From NCBI GenBank assembly GCA_965112155.1, contig OZ218114.1: a stretch of 64,000 bases of DNA; one strand, written 5' to 3'. The translations under genes and the position numbers were made by a program. Numbering within the stretch: position 1 is the first letter of the stretch; each line of letters begins with the position of its first letter. This document shows, piece after piece, positions 24,014-37,411 of this stretch. Source of the DNA: Podarcis liolepis (lineage: Eukaryota). A model generated the notes under the pieces. It was not told the origin of the DNA and made no database searches. It saw only the letters and a list, made by a program, of their open reading frames with translations.

Positions 24014-26017
24014 CAACTGTATTGAATTTCTTACAGCACATTGCCTGTCACAAAGCTATTGATCTGATTTTGGAGTTGTTTTTTGCCTGAAGACAGTGAC
24101 ACAAATTCATGAGAGCTGAAAGCAGTTTTGATTAACCATGACTTGAGAGGGTCTTATTCTACTTTTGTTTTCGGATTTTTGTTCAACATCTGTGCAAATG
24201 AGTTGGAACCAAACCTGAACTCTTCCTCCTATTTCCATCACTTCACATGGACAAAGCTCAGAATATGGCAAAATCGGAGATCCCACCTTTTAGCAATATG
24301 AGGGGTGTGGTGTTGTTGTTTTTTTGCTCCTTGAAAGAGGCCACAGGGCAACTCAAGGAGATCCAGTGTCAGAGGATGATGCTGGCTTTTAGGCTTATGA
24401 CCAAAAGCAAGCTGAAATGTGGAAGAAAGAATAAGGTAGACAGAACCACTAACTTCACTGAAAGTTTTTTTTATAAAAAAAAATCAGCCAGGAATAGACT
24501 GCTGGCAAGAATGCAATCTGAGTGTGGAGAGGGCAGTATTTTCGCATTCTTGAGACAAGATGTCTTGGCCCCGCCTATTGGTGGAGCATCTGAGAGCTCT
24601 TGGACCAGCTGGAAGAAACCCTCACAATCCTGTTTACTCCCCCCTGCAGATGTACTACACTTCAGGAAAAAGTGATCATGAACATTGCGCTCATGAAAAG
24701 CTGTGGAAATGTTGGCCGCATCTCACTCCCCTTTTGTAAAGCATGTAAGTGCTCGTTTGGATGGAAGAGAAAGTATTAGGGAAAAGTAATTGATACAGTC
24801 ACTGAAGTGAAGCATCTATAAATCAAGAGAGACATTTCCAACAAGGGGGTTTATTGATGTCAGAATGAGCTGGAGAGCAGTTTTGTGAAGGTGGTGATGA
24901 TGATGATGATGGCCTTTTATATTACCCCTTGCAGCTTCTTGAGTGACAGGAACAGGAAGTCCCTGTCTGCAAGTGTTCGCCGCCTCCCATTTGTGAAATT
25001 GGCATTCTTCCCTCCCTCCCTCCCACCCCCACCCCCCACTTTTGTTCTCCAGACTACAGTTTTTAAGTGCAGAGAGAAATAACATTAGCAGCATTTTGGA
25101 CTGAAACCCTCAAGCACACTATAAACAGCACATTCCAGGAGGTAAAGAAAACCTACACAGACTGCCCCCTCCAGGCACCAGGTTTTCAGGATAAAAGAGC
25201 AACCAGAAATAGACACAAGTGCAGCAATAAGGAGTGGAGGAGAATGACACACTGTGGTGTAGATCGAGGGAGGCTCGAGGTGTCTCCTGCGAAGACGCCA
25301 GGCGGGAACTGGCTGCCCAAAACCCACAGAGGGCAGGAAGTGTATAGCAAGCCAAACTTAACTGCTTTCCACAAGCAACAGCCCAGCTGCCGGGGCAAAG
25401 AGTCTTACTCCCTGAAGGGACACAGGGAAGGGACACAGAGAGAGAGATGCTCTGCTTAGTATGGAAGTCCCCGCCCCAGCTCCTGCTTTTTGTACTAGTG
25501 CTGGCCTTGAGCCACTCAGGGAAGTGGTTGGCAAGCCGAACACAACTGAGACGTGACAGACACAGCCAGAGTGAGCTCCTGCAGATGTACAACTCTGAGG
25601 CTGCAGTCTTCTTCTTCCTTGCACAAGTCAACCTGCCTGCCTTTGTGAGGTGGGGGAGAAGAGGGTCTGGTTCTGATCATACCTTCCTATTGCTTTTGGG
25701 AACAAGGCAGTTGTAATCTGCACCACATCCCTCGCCAGCCCTCTGAAGTAAAGACACCGCGGTCTCCGATTTAGCCTCAGGTCTTCAGACCACAAACAGT
25801 ACCATGAGGTGGGCCATATCACACTCTTTAATCCAATTTCCTCATCTCCAATACACGGGGCACCAAGTGGGGGAAATCGCCAACAGTGCATACAAGGCTT
25901 GGTGATCAAGTGCTGCGCTACCGACCTCCTCAGCTGCAGCAGAGGCAGCCCCTCCCCTTTCCTTCCAGTCTGCAAGTTGAAAAGGCCAGGCCCTGACAAG
26001 TTTTCCTCTGCTGGCGT

Positions 26018-26195
26018 TCAGCTAGAAGCGGTGGCAATGGGCTTCTTCAGATGCTGGCTCATAAGTTCCCTGGCACGGGATACCTGGATGTGATCGTAAC
26101 AGGTGTTGCAGACGAGGACCGGGTCATAGAGCTGCTGATCAGGAATGGGCAGCTTCAGGTGGCAGCAGCTGGCACAGAACACGTTCCCACAATTC
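26018..26195 (-). CDS. MTMR4: MTMR4 last exon (FYVE C-terminal half, stop)
   Basis: cccag|G AAT TGT; NCGNVFCASCC...VLVCNTCYDHIQVSRARELMSQHLKKPIATASS*. Confidence 0.96.
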
Positions 26196-26931
26196 CTGGG
26201 CAAGGAGTAAAAGAACACAAGGACAGCTGTGACCCTGGAGCCAAAGTGGTCTGGTGTGGGGAGGATCTTGTCTAAAGAGAAGGGGGTTCTGTTATCTTGT
26301 TTGGCACAGTAATGAATTAGACAATGTCATCCAAGCAACCCCAGGTATTCTGCTGCACTGTGGTTCTTCAGTAGCCCCTGTGGCCTAAGGAACAGATTCT
26401 CCTGTGGGGGCACTGGGAATATAGCATGAATTAACCAGAGCTTCTTACATCTGCTATGCACTACTTTTTGGCTTATAAGTGGGAATGGAAGAGCAGTTGC
26501 TTGCAGGGAGTGCCCATAGCTCAGCGGCAGAGGACATATTTGAATGCAGGAAGTGCCAGGTTGGCATCTCAGTGGGGCTGGGAAAGACCTTCAGCTTTAT
26601 ATGTTCACATAACGCTGGGCTAAAGCACTGACAGCTGATTTAGCCCACAACTCCTGCTCAGAAACCTTTCATCCCCACTCCCATTTTGTCCTCCAAGCTT
26701 TCCATTTCAGCTCTGCTCACAGTACTCATCTATCTCCTCACAGAATTCCATCTTTGCCCTTTCCAACTTTTTTCCCTTTCTGTAAGGCCTCTCACTTCCT
26801 CATGTATGCCGACGTACCTGTACTTTCTATACATTGGGCCAAAAAAATTCCTAACTACACATGGCAGGGGGTTGCACCAGATGATCCTTTGGTCCCTTCC
26901 AACCCTACAATACTATGATTCTATATACACT

Positions 26932-27260
26932 GATGGGGTCTGAGCAAGTGGTGACTGACTAGGAAAAGGATCTGGCGTTGTAGTAGAAAGCTCAATGAAA
27001 ACATCAACCTAGTGTGTGGCAGCTGTGAAAAAGGTGAACGCCATGTTAGGGGTCGTTAGGAAAGGGGCTGAAAATAAAACTGCCAATACTGTAATGCTTT
27101 ATGGAATTCTACAGTGCAGCCACACTTGGAACACTTGTGTACAATTCTGTTCGCTACGCCTGGAAAGGATATTTAAGGGCTGGAAAAGGTTCAGAAAAGG
27201 GAAACCAAATTGATCAAGCGGATGGAGCAACTCCACTTTGAGAAGAGGCTGCAACATTTG
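26932..27260 (+). mobile_element. CR1 LINE ORF2 remnant
   Basis: Degenerate translation AAVKKVNAMLGVVRKGAENKTAN...LEKVQKR..K.I...EQL..E.RL..LG typical of CR1 ORF2 C-terminus. Confidence 0.85.
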
Positions 27261-28086
27261 GTGCTAGGGGCTCAGCCACACAGCCGTGTGCCCCACCACT
27301 TTCCCCCAGGGAAACTTGTGGTTTATTGCTGAATCGGAACAAACATTTGTTCTGACTTAAAACTAAAGGAGTGGGTTTTCCAGGAGGAAGCCATGAGGCA
27401 AAGGCAAAACCACTTGGACCCATGTCTAGAAAGCAGCAGACAAAACTGCTTGGAAAGAAGGACAAAATGGTCTCATGAATGAACACATGCAAAACAGACA
27501 CAGACATCCCTCCACCCCTAGGTCTGAACAAGCAGGGCTCTCTTATATACCTATTATTTTATCTTGGTTATTAATACTACAGTCTTGTTAAGGCACTGAT
27601 TTAGTACTTTCAGGAAAATGCTGTCATCAGCAAAAAACAAAAAAACAGGACTTAGTGGATTTTAATCCCACAGAGTTTTAAGAATGGCTTTTCTAGGAAT
27701 ATTCATTATCCAATTTTTCATCCGCAGAATCCTAAATTTTCCTTGTAAAAGCATAACATCAGGCAAACTGTTTATACAATTTTTAAGTATAAAGGATGTA
27801 ATCTAAAAATACTGATGTAGTGAACATCTTTGTTAATTTCCTGAGAGCAAAACACCCTACACTCTTCCAAGCATTTAAGCAAATGGTTGGCAATTACACT
27901 GGCCAACCGTCCCATACTTGCCAGGAAAGAAACCATTCCTCCTGCTCTCCAGTGGGGAATCTGCTGCCCAATCCTTCTCAAAATTCTATTCACCATGAAC
28001 ATTTGAGATGTAGTTACTGAACTGAGGGGAAGAAAAATAAAACAGACAACTGACAAGGAAAAGTCATAGCAGTTGCTAAGCGTTAC

Positions 28087-28175
28087 CTGCAGTGGTGCCT
28101 GCGTTTGGCTAACCAGAACTCACAGTCACAGTTAAAGCAGTGTGAGGCCATGTGGTCTGGAACCCAGCGAGTGAC
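28087..28175 (-). CDS. MTMR4: MTMR4 exon (FYVE N-terminal half)
   Basis: VTRWVPDHMASHCFNCDCEFWLAKRRHHCR: WxxD and RRHHCR FYVE motifs; AG/GT, phase 0 to 2. Confidence 0.97.
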
Positions 28176-28814
28176 CTGCAGAGAAATCACAGTGTGTATC
28201 TGTTGGTTAGAAGGATATTCGTATACAGAGTCAGGGAGCAGCATTTACTTGGCACATTTGAAAGCTTTGCTTGGAGTTCTGTGTTTCCAGCACTTCCAGT
28301 TTCAGAAAAGTGATTGACACACAGGAAACAATTCAGAAGGGGGCCACACTGACAGTTTAAGATGGGAAAAAGCAAACGATAAAATGAATGTTTTCTCTAG
28401 AAATAGGAAGAATGCTGAGTTTTCAAGCATCAGAAAGGATGTCAGAGAGTAATTGCTCCATGGAGTAGACTGGCATTCCCCATCCTGGTGCCTCCACAAG
28501 TTTTGAACTAGCACTCCCAACAGCCCCAGTAAACACAGCCATTGGTCAAAGATAATAGGAGTTGCAGTCCAAAACATATGAAGGACATCCAGCTAGGAAG
28601 TCCAGAGTAGACAAATAAGGGGTACTTCTAGACATACAGTTCATTAAACCCTTAATACATCCAGATATAGTGAAATGCAAGAGAGATCTAGAATGGGGCA
28701 ATAGCAGACACACACAAAATAATGGAAATACTGAGCTTCCCATGTCATGCTACCCATGTCAGCCATGCAGCTGCTTCCCATGTCATGCTAGCCAACTAAG
28801 GAGATGCAACAAAC

Positions 28815-28925
28815 CTCAGTTTCCCTTTTATCAACAGGCTCCCAGCTTGCTTCAGATAGACAGTCTTCACTGTGGTCAGAGTAGAAGTCCTCATTTTCAC
28901 TGCCATCTGATTCCTTGAGGCAGGT
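28815..28925 (-). CDS. MTMR4: MTMR4 exon (acidic linker)
   Basis: TCLKESDGSENEDFYSDHSEDCLSEASWEPVDKRETE; 111 nt, AG/GT, phase 0 to 0. Confidence 0.94.
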
Positions 28926-29582
28926 CTGCAAGGAAGGCCACGACAGCCATTAGCTAATCTGTTACATACCACACACATTTCCACCTCCCCCTGAAACCTC
29001 AGTATCCTCTAACTGTGAGTTGGGAATAATTTTGCTCACAGGGGCATCGGAAGCTGCCTTGTATCAGGTCAAGCCAACTGTCCCATCTACCCCAGTATCT
29101 ACTGTAACCAGTAGCACTTCTCCAGAGTCTTAGGCAGAGGGTCCTTCCCATAACAGCTGCCTGATCTTTTTATAACTGGAGTTTCCAGAAATGGAACCTA
29201 GGATGGGACTTCCACACGCAAATCATGAGCTCCCCCACTGAGCTACAGACCCTCTTCAACCAACAGAACAGTGGAGTGGGAGACTGGGGAATGCCTCTGT
29301 TGGAAAACGGGAAGAGAGGGGGAGACAAGAGGAGACGCAAGCAAGGAACAAATGATTCTCAGAACTATGTGAATGGAATCTGGCAGCGTGTACGCCTTAT
29401 CTGCTCCACCAGAACCTCACAGCTTTGTAGCTATGTTCTGCTTGGAACCCACTAGGAGACAGAGATGCCTCTGAGGCAGGTGTGTTGTTGATGACCTTTC
29501 AACTCCTCCCATCTACAATTAAATGATTGCACGCCTTCCCCAGGGGCTGCTGAAGAAACCACACCTGCAAGCCGTCACTTAC

Positions 29583-30834
29583 GAAGTCGTCTTCGTAGTC
29601 CATTTGCGGTTCAGCTGGAGGCGGGTAGCAATGGCGAATGTCCAGCCTGAGCTGCAGCTCCCGCACCTGCCTGCGTAGTTGCTCAACCTCCTGCTTGTAG
29701 GTGGCCTCGATCTGCCGCAGCCTGTGCTGGATCACGTCTGTTGGGAAGGGGAGCCCGTCGTCGTCTAGGTAGAGCGGAGGCACTGGGGAGGGGCTGCTCG
29801 GTGGTGCGTGCTTGGAGCCGAGGGCCTGCTTCAGATGGCAAGGGAGCCACACCTTGCTGGACTTCCCAGCATAGCCTGCGCAGTGGGTGCCGGAGTGGCT
29901 GGAGCAGCCAGGGGGCTTTGCACTCTCTTTCAAAGGCCACTGACCACTGAGGCACAGTCCAGAGGCCCAGAAGTGCCTGCTGCTCAGCCTCTTGTTGCAG
30001 CAGCCATAAGAGAGGAGCCGCCGGGGACCCACGTCACCTCCGGGAAGCGACGTCCCCATTCCCTGAAAGCTGTCCCAGCTGGCTCCCAGGAAAGAAAATT
30101 CGCTCGTCTGGCTCTGAGAGATCCCTTTCCGCCACAACTCCGGCTGAGCCTTCCCTGTCTGGCTGCCCTCTTCCCCATGCCTGACGCGGCCACTCTTGCC
30201 GTCCTCCTCCTCGTTCCGGCATCCAGGAGCATCCTGCCTTGGAACACTCGGAGCTGGTGGAATCCAACGGGGGCCACCCACTGAAGGCTGGAGGGAGGTG
30301 TCAGGGCAGCAGGGCTCTGCAAGGTCCAAGGGGCTGTTAGATTCCAGGCCAACATCTTTTGCATGGTTGCAGAGGAACTTTCCAAGCTGCTCATCCGTTC
30401 CAGTCACTTCCCCCAAAGGCTTTGTCAACTGAGAAGCGTTTTGAGTGGGGCAGGGACCTTCCACTGCTTCTGGACTTGCTCTGCTTACATTTTCTACCTT
30501 GGGAGATACACCATTTAATTGCTGAGACCCTCTATGGTCTTGTGATGTCTGTGGCTGTTCAGTTCTGTTGTTTTCAGAGTTCCCGTCGCTGGCAAGAGGC
30601 AAGGGGTGCACTTCTTCTTTTTCTTCCTGCTGCTGTGGAGGCACCTGGGGAGGTTCCTCTCCCACACTCTCTTTGCCAGCTGCCGTCTCCTCAGCACCAG
30701 GATGCCTGGGCTCCAGGCTGACCCTGACATCCTGACAGTGGTTGTTCAGGTTCGGATCACTTGATGTGCGGGTCAGCAAGCTGCTGGGATCGCAGGCAGA
30801 AAGAAGATCGTCCATAGATCTGGTCTTTGGTAAT
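29583..30834 (-). CDS. MTMR4: MTMR4 large exon (disordered region, PPxY motif, coiled coil)
   Basis: LPKTRSMDDLL...TRTSSDPNLN...PVPPLYLDDDG...IQHRLRQIE...LRRQVRELQ...DYEDDF; 1252 nt, phase 2 to 0; PPLY at 29769-29780 (Nedd4-family WW ligand motif). Confidence 0.95.
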
Positions 30835-31654
30835 CTGGAACCACAAAAGGAAACCTTAGGCACTGGAGAGAATGATCTCTCTCTGCCCGTGGAGGCCCTT
30901 GCAGGGCCTGAAACAGGATATGGGTTCACCATGGATGCAAGCAGCCAAGTGGCCAGAGCCTGTCCTCACTACCTGAAAGTCTGCCAACCAGTCTCTGGCC
31001 CCACGTCAAGTGTTTATGGCCAATGGAGAAAAACCTAGATATTTTCCGAAGGGCTTCAGAGGCCTCACTGTTTCTAATGGTCTCTTTCTTTGATGATAAT
31101 GCTCAGTACAGAGCAATTACGACTGTGTATCTCAGGATGAACAGGTTGAGGGGACCCTCAGCAACCATTTGGATAAGAGGCATTCAATCCTTACAATGCA
31201 CCTTGGCATTTCAAAATGTATCTTATATGGTCCTTTCTCCAAAGCTTTGAAAAAAACAGTAAAGAAATCACCACATACGTAGAAGCATCCTTTCTTGGTG
31301 TGTTAGATTTAAATGTCAGGTTCTTGATAAGCACTGACATTAACAACTCTTCCAAGATTTTTTAGGGCAGTGGGGAAGGTCAGAATATACAAGTGGATAA
31401 TGTGATGAATACAAAGTAGGTTGAAAGCACCAGAACCTTCCCTTGGACAAGACCCACTGTATATAGTGGAAATGGAAAATATATGGCAAAATTTGAGCTA
31501 TGCTCTAGACCTAGAATCATAGAATTGTAGTGTTTGAAGGGACTCAAAGGGTCATCTGGTCCCACCCTTTACAATGCAGAAACCACAGCTAATGCAAGCA
31601 GTCATCCTTAGAAACCCTGGTGCAACTCACAAGACGAGGGTCACTTTATCCTAC

Positions 31655-31809
31655 CTGTCAAGAGACCTGCTGCTAAACTCCTGGCTTTGGGATCCAGAAG
31701 GCAGGTAGAGGTCCATGCCCTCTTCTCCAAGGGGGCATGGGGAGGATGCCGGGAGATACACAGCCGTCCAGAGGTGCAGTGCTCGCACATGGCATACGGG
31801 GTGCAGCAC
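31655..31809 (-). CDS. MTMR4: MTMR4 exon
   Basis: VLHPVCHVRALHLWTAVYLP...SRSLDR; 155 nt, phase 0 to 2. Confidence 0.94.
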
Positions 31810-31895
31810 CTGCCATGGAAGGTGGAGAAAAGCAAGCTCAGTCAGGGCAGGACACCTCCCCCTCCTCCAGCACCAGGGGTGGGAATCCCACTCAC

Positions 31896-32066
31896 CTGTT
31901 CGCTACCAGGCATGTAGAGCAGGTTGTGGAAGTTCTTGTTGCCAGCTCTCAAGAGGGACCAGACCGAGCAGGTGCGCTTGGCGATGTTGTGGATCTCGCG
32001 CTCACAGGGACTGTTCCCCAGGAAGGTCCCATAAAGGCAGGAGTAGGTGTGCTGCACCAATTTCAC
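31896..32066 (-). CDS. MTMR4: MTMR4 exon
   Basis: VKLVQHTYSCLYGTFLGNSPCERE...YMPGSEQ; 171 nt; followed by an 86-nt intron. Confidence 0.95.
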
Positions 32067-32439
32067 CTGGAGGAGATGACAGGAAGAGCTTTGGGTTAAA
32101 GCTTACATGAGCCCATCTCCGGAAGAACGCTTTTCATGCTTCTGTGTTATTAAAAAAAAATATTATACACTGCAAGGTGTCTCAGGACACGGTCGGTAGA
32201 AATAAATATATGAGAAATAAATGTTTATAGACTTATATTTGGAAACTACCTGGAGTATTCTTGGCCCTGTGCACTCACACTTCAGATGCTCATGATTAAA
32301 GTATAACTGAAACTAATGACTGGACCAGCCTACCTGCTGTCAAGGGCAGCAGAAAGTGTGTTGCATGAAGAAAGGGAAAACTGTGATGTACTATTTTACG
32401 CAATTTGAACTCTTCATTCTCAAATTATTTCTTAATATT

Positions 32440-32850
32440 AATATCTGATATTCTTTGATTATTATTATTTATCCTGTCTTTTCCCCGGATAGGGCTTCAA
32501 GGCAGCTTACACAAATGAAAAGAACACAGATAAAATACAAGCAACTAAAAACATATAAAAATTATAGTTAAAAGGTAATTAAACTCTAATAGAATTAAAA
32601 TAATATAAACATTTAATCTCTTAAAATACAAGTAGTCAAAGAGCACAGCACTGTTGAAGGCCCTTTCCTGAAAGGACTGTTGGAATGGAACAGTCTTCAG
32701 CTGCTGGTGGAAGGACAATGACAGAGTCATTCTGGCTTCTCTAGGAAGGGAGTTCCAAAGCCTGGGAATTGCCACTGAGAAAGTTCCCTCCCACCAAGCA
32801 TGCCTGCGAGGGTGGTGGGACTTAGAGAAGGGCCTTCTGGAAACTCGGTA
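32440..32850 (-). mobile_element. L2-type LINE 3' fragment
   Basis: Minus-strand PRLWNSLPREAR motif followed by AT-rich tail; similar fragments about 8965-9200 and 58380-58760. Confidence 0.65.
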
Positions 32851-33178
32851 AGCTAAGTGTCTGATTTATTCTAGCCTAAGTATTCTCATGGGGATTGTTT
32901 ATTTAAAGGTGGATAAGGGCACCAAGTTTCAACATCCTTGGAGCAATCACCATTGTGCTAACTCTGCTATGAAAGAGTAAGAATCTCTCTTCCAAACTTC
33001 TCTCTCCAACAAAAGCAGGATGCTGTACAAATAAAATGATGAATGAATGCATGATTTATTCTTCAAACTAAGCTCTTGTGAGCCATCTTGACTCTCCCAT
33101 TAGAAAGATCAGCCTGTGATAAAATGATGGGTCTACTGTGATTTGCCCCTCCCTAGGCTGTTGCAGGCTCTCTCTTAC

Positions 33179-33364
33179 CAAGAAAGCTTCATTGAACTCA
33201 AAAAGGCAGGGGAACTGCTTGAGCAACTGGTGGACAGAATCCAGCCACTGCAGGAAAACGGGGCACTGCTCGTTCTGATCCTCCGCCTTCTCCTGGTGTC
33301 CACAGCGATCCCCAAACTTGTGGCCATAATCCAGCCAGTCTGATTCAACCAGCACCTGGAAACC
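33179..33364 (-). CDS. MTMR4: MTMR4 exon (phosphatase domain)
   Basis: GFQVLVESDWLDYGHKFGDRCGH...CPVFLQWLDSVHQLLKQFPCLFEFNEAFL; 186 nt. Confidence 0.96.
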
Positions 33365-33529
33365 CTGCCAAGAGGAAGGAGAGAAATGTCACCGCCGTAG
33401 ACCCACTGGGCAGCCCCCAATGAAGGGGCAGGAAGCTTCTAGGGCTGCCAAAGTCATTCCTCAGATTGTAACATTCCTCCTCATATCCCCTCACTGGTGT
33501 TTCCAGCACAACCCCTTGCCTTAGCTCAG

Positions 33530-33692
33530 CGGCTATAGTTCAGCAGTAGAGCACTCACAGTAAGTCCCAGGTTCAATCCCCAGGTAGGGCTGGATGAGAC
33601 TCCCTGTTTGAAACTCTGGAGAGCCACCACTGCCAATAGACAATACTGAGGAAGACAGACTAGTGCCTTGACTTAGTATAAGGCAGCTTCCA
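33530..33692 (+). mobile_element. tRNA-derived SINE (Squam3-like)
   Basis: A/B boxes (tagttcagcagtagagc...ggttcaatccc) then tagacaatactgag...gtataaggcagcttcc; further copies near 18328, 42194, 49835, 53028. Confidence 0.75.
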
Positions 33693-34515
33693 ACCTTGAA
33701 AGTTCTCCACAGCCTTGCCCTACCCCATTCTTCTGCTCTCCTTTCCATTAGATCGCTTCCTGTGATCTTTAGTCCCAGCTTGGCCACCAGAAAAATCCCT
33801 TGATTCCAAATACAACAATGTCCATTCTTCCTTGCTGCTTTGTATGCTTGGAACACTTTTCCTAGGCAAATTGTGCAGTGCCTTCTCTCACTCGTCAGAT
33901 CCCAACTCAAAACTTGCCTATTCCTTGAACTGTAGAGTTGGGAGTGACACCAAGGGCCATCTGGCCCAACCCCCTGAAATGTAGGAAGTCTAACTCCATG
34001 TTACTGTATTTGCCCACTTTCTTCCCTTGCTGTCCCCATCTACCCTTCCCCCACCAGCTTCCTTTTATCTTCCACGTTGTTTGTTTTAGATTGTAAGCTC
34101 CTTGAGGGCAGGGTCCTGACTATTCTCATTCTGTAAGGTGCTGTGTGCCTATCTAAAAATAATATGAAGAACCATTTATCTGACCAACTTTATATGGCCG
34201 ATGATGTCCTACTTTCTTGATTGGGTAACACTCCAAAATAAAAAAGTAAACTCTTTTTAATTTCACAGAAAGGCACAAGCTTGTTCCAGAAGAGATAACA
34301 AGGTGAAAGCTCATTGCCTCCTGTGAGAGATTGCCCTATCAGTTGGAAGAAAGAGACATAGAGGACTTGGGAGAAGCATGAGAATAGGTTGTGCTTTGTC
34401 CACTTTGGACTATTATATAAAGAGGCCAAAGCAAGAGAATGCCCCACCCACCCAGGTCAGGTTCTCCTGAAACTGCCCTTTCATCTTATGTTAACAGGCA
34501 AAAGAGACATGATAC

Positions 34516-34711
34516 CTCCATTGTCCGGTAGTAAGGGTCCAGAAGGATCTTTGCCAGGGTGACAATCTGTGGGGTCCTGTCCCAGCCGTCTGAGCAGTGA
34601 ACCAGCACAGGGCGCCCCTCTCGGTCGACAGCATTGGAGACCAACACAGCTGCCTTCAGCATGACAGAAAGGTGCTGCAGCCACTTGGTGCTCTCTAGAG
34701 CTGACAGCCAG
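34516..34711 (-). CDS. MTMR4: MTMR4 catalytic exon
   Basis: WLSALESTKWLQHL...VLVHCSDGWDRTPQIV...DPYYRTME; intact myotubularin CX5R (HCSDGWDRT at 34573-34599); 196 nt. Confidence 0.98.
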
Positions 34712-36699
34712 CTGGAAAGGGATACAGGAAAGGGAGAACATTAAGCTTCTGACAGATCTAAGGGAGCTGTGGGGAACCCTCAGATCCGGGGGGGGGGGGG
34801 AAGCAACTGCTCTCCAGGCCCCTCAATTCAGCCCTCACTCTCCCCATGCTACCCCCTTCTCTTTCTCAGCAACACTCCCTCTCACACAGCCACCCTCCAT
34901 CACTGGCCCAGCTCCTCTCCCTCCTTCGGTGCTTTTGCCCAAATGGAACATGTCCTCGAACTGTGATCCTGCTTCTGGCAGTTGCATGGCTGGAAGCTGC
35001 TAGTGTAGAAAGGGAAGAGTCATATACATTGCCCTACCCACTTCTGCTGCTGGTCGCAGCCACCACTGGGCTGTGAACCCCGGAATGTGGCTCACAAGGG
35101 AATGTGGCGCTCTAGCTGACAACCATCCCTCAGCCCTGTCCTATCAGTTGCCTCCATGACCTGCTTCATCCAGAAATGCCTCCTCTTCTCTCTCAATCAG
35201 TAGCACCCTCATCAGAGCCCACAAAGTTGGTTGTCCGCAGGGGTGGGTTTCCAGATGCAGGACCAGACTGGCCTTGCATTGGATCCAACAGTCTTGATCT
35301 TTTTAAACTAGCTGCCCCCCCCAACCTACACCCTGAACTGCTATCCTAGCCCACTCCTGCCCTTCCCTGTTCATGCCTCTTGCCTTGCCTGGGTGGAGGA
35401 TGGAGAGAGGTGTGGAAGTGTGTTTAGACACTTGCCTGCTGGACAAAGGTACTAATTATATTCATTGCTCCACTCACTTTCCAATTTGTCCCCATATGGC
35501 CCTTGGAAGGTTGAACACCTTCCAACCTGAAGCTCCCCTCCCCTGCGTCAAGGGTTGGAAAGTGAGGATCCACAGAGAGATTGACAGCAGATGCCACCTT
35601 TTCCAAGGAGAAAGCTCCTTACCAAGGACATGGCATGCACTTGCTGCAGCTGCTGGCAACCAGCAGCACCACAAGGAAACAGAGAAAGCTCCCTCCTGCT
35701 CTTCAGACTGCTGGCCCTCAATAAGCTAGGAGGAAACATTTCCATGGCAACAGGGGAAAAGAAGAGTGATGTGATGAAGCTGGCCTAAAAAGACACAGCA
35801 GAAAAGGCAGGGGCAGAAAGAGCAGCTATCAATATTGAGGTCATTGCCCTGTGGGGTGGAAAGGAGGCAAGAGAAAGCGGAGCAGCTAGGAAGAGAGTGG
35901 CCAGATAAGATCCCCCTGCCCTGCAAAACAAAAAAACCCCCAGAGAGACACTGAGACATAGTGGAGAGACTGTCAAGCCCTGGGTTCAAATCCATGCTCG
36001 GCCATGAAGCTCACCATGTGACCCTGGAACAATCACCTCCTCTCAAATTCTCATGGTTGCTGGAAGGATGAATGGGGTGATGTTCTGAGCCACAAGCCCA
36101 AAGGAGGGCTTGTGGGAGTGGCTGGGTGCAGGGATAACCAAAGAAGGATGTCAAAAAACAACAGAACGGCCAGTTCTAGGGCTTTATTAAAGAAGGTGCA
36201 GACTTACAGCAAATCAACCTGCCAGGTCTCCCAACCTTTTACAGACGTGGGACAGACACTGCAGCCAGAAGATGCCTTGCCCGTGCCCAAGGACCTCTCA
36301 TCACTTCACCTGACCAGATGAGGGCATAGGTGGCAAATACCCAAATCTTACAGGTCAGCTCCCCTTCTGGGCTCAGAGCCCAGCACTCCAAACTGCCCAG
36401 ATAAGGAGAACTTCAAAGCAAGGCAATTAACCTGTATCAAAGCAAGTGAATATAAACATATATGAGCTCACTGTTACAACAACTACCAATTAATTTTGGG
36501 GTGATCTTGACTACCAAGATGGCGTTTGCAGAGCTTCTGGAACAGTTTGCCTTTGGTTGAACACAGGTGGGGAGGTGTTGGGCTGTGCCCCTGTGCTATC
36601 CCATCCTGATCAGGAGGCCCTGGGAAGAAACCTCACCCTAAATTGGAGTTAAAAGCTATCAGTCCCATTAACCAACTGAAAACGCAGATTGGAACTTAC

Positions 36700-36811
36700 T
36701 TGCTAGGGTCTGGCATCTGACTGCAGACAGCCCGCAGGTACTGGAAGCTGTTGCGGATGGAATGGATGTTGGCCATCCCCATGAACACCACTTCACAGTT
36801 TGGGTAATACT
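36700..36811 (-). CDS. MTMR4: MTMR4 exon
   Basis: YYPNCEVVFMGMANIHSIRNSFQYLRAVCSQMPDPS; 112 nt, phase 1 to 2. Confidence 0.95.
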
Positions 36812-37155
36812 CTGAAACACAGCACAGAAAGGGAGGGGGTCAGCTGGAAGCTGACGCTGGCTGTCAAAGGAAATATCTCGCAGCAAAAAAAAAATAATCT
36901 TATTCTATTTGTTACTGATCTGTCACAAACTAACACATAAACATGTAAACAGTAAGAGAACCATACACGGAACATATCTGATATAAAAAACAAATTACAG
37001 AGTTGCAATTACATATATCAAAGTTTTTAACATGAGCCTATATAACCCAACCACAATGAGGCATGAATAATGGGAGGAATGCTTAAAATCTGACCACACA
37101 TCGCAGATGCACCCTCCAACCTGCCTTACAGCCGACCCACTCACAAAGAATAGCA

Positions 37156-37182
37156 TGTGTGTGTGTGTGTGTGTGTGTGTGT
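37156..37182. repeat. (TG)n microsatellite
   Basis: About 13 units. Confidence 0.95.
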
Positions 37183-37411
37183 GAGTGAATAAATGAATAG
37201 CAGCAGAGACTTTTCTGAAAAGGACACCTTGTGACTCAGCTGTGGCAAAACAGGTTGGATTTGCCCTGGGCACATGCTCCTGTCCTCTCCCGTCCCCTCC
37301 TGACAAGTCAAGCACAGAGATGGGGAGCTGGGGAGCAGAAAGCCACACCAGCACTTCTCTTAGGGGCTTTGACTCATGTACCCCTATTGTGTGCTCAAAT
37401 GCCCCTCTTAC

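Noticed and set aside
24247-26000. Many 60-170 aa ORFs on both strands in MTMR4 3'UTR
   Set aside because: No homology or coding bias evident; consistent with chance in a 2-kb UTR
30835-30932. In-frame upstream extension of the large MTMR4 exon
   Set aside because: Canonical acceptor at 30835 gives the correct phase and DR|LPKTRS junction; extension is intronic
33530-33600. tRNA-like A/B boxes here and at similar sites
   Set aside because: Heads of degenerate SINEs, cannot fold a full cloverleaf; not tRNA genes
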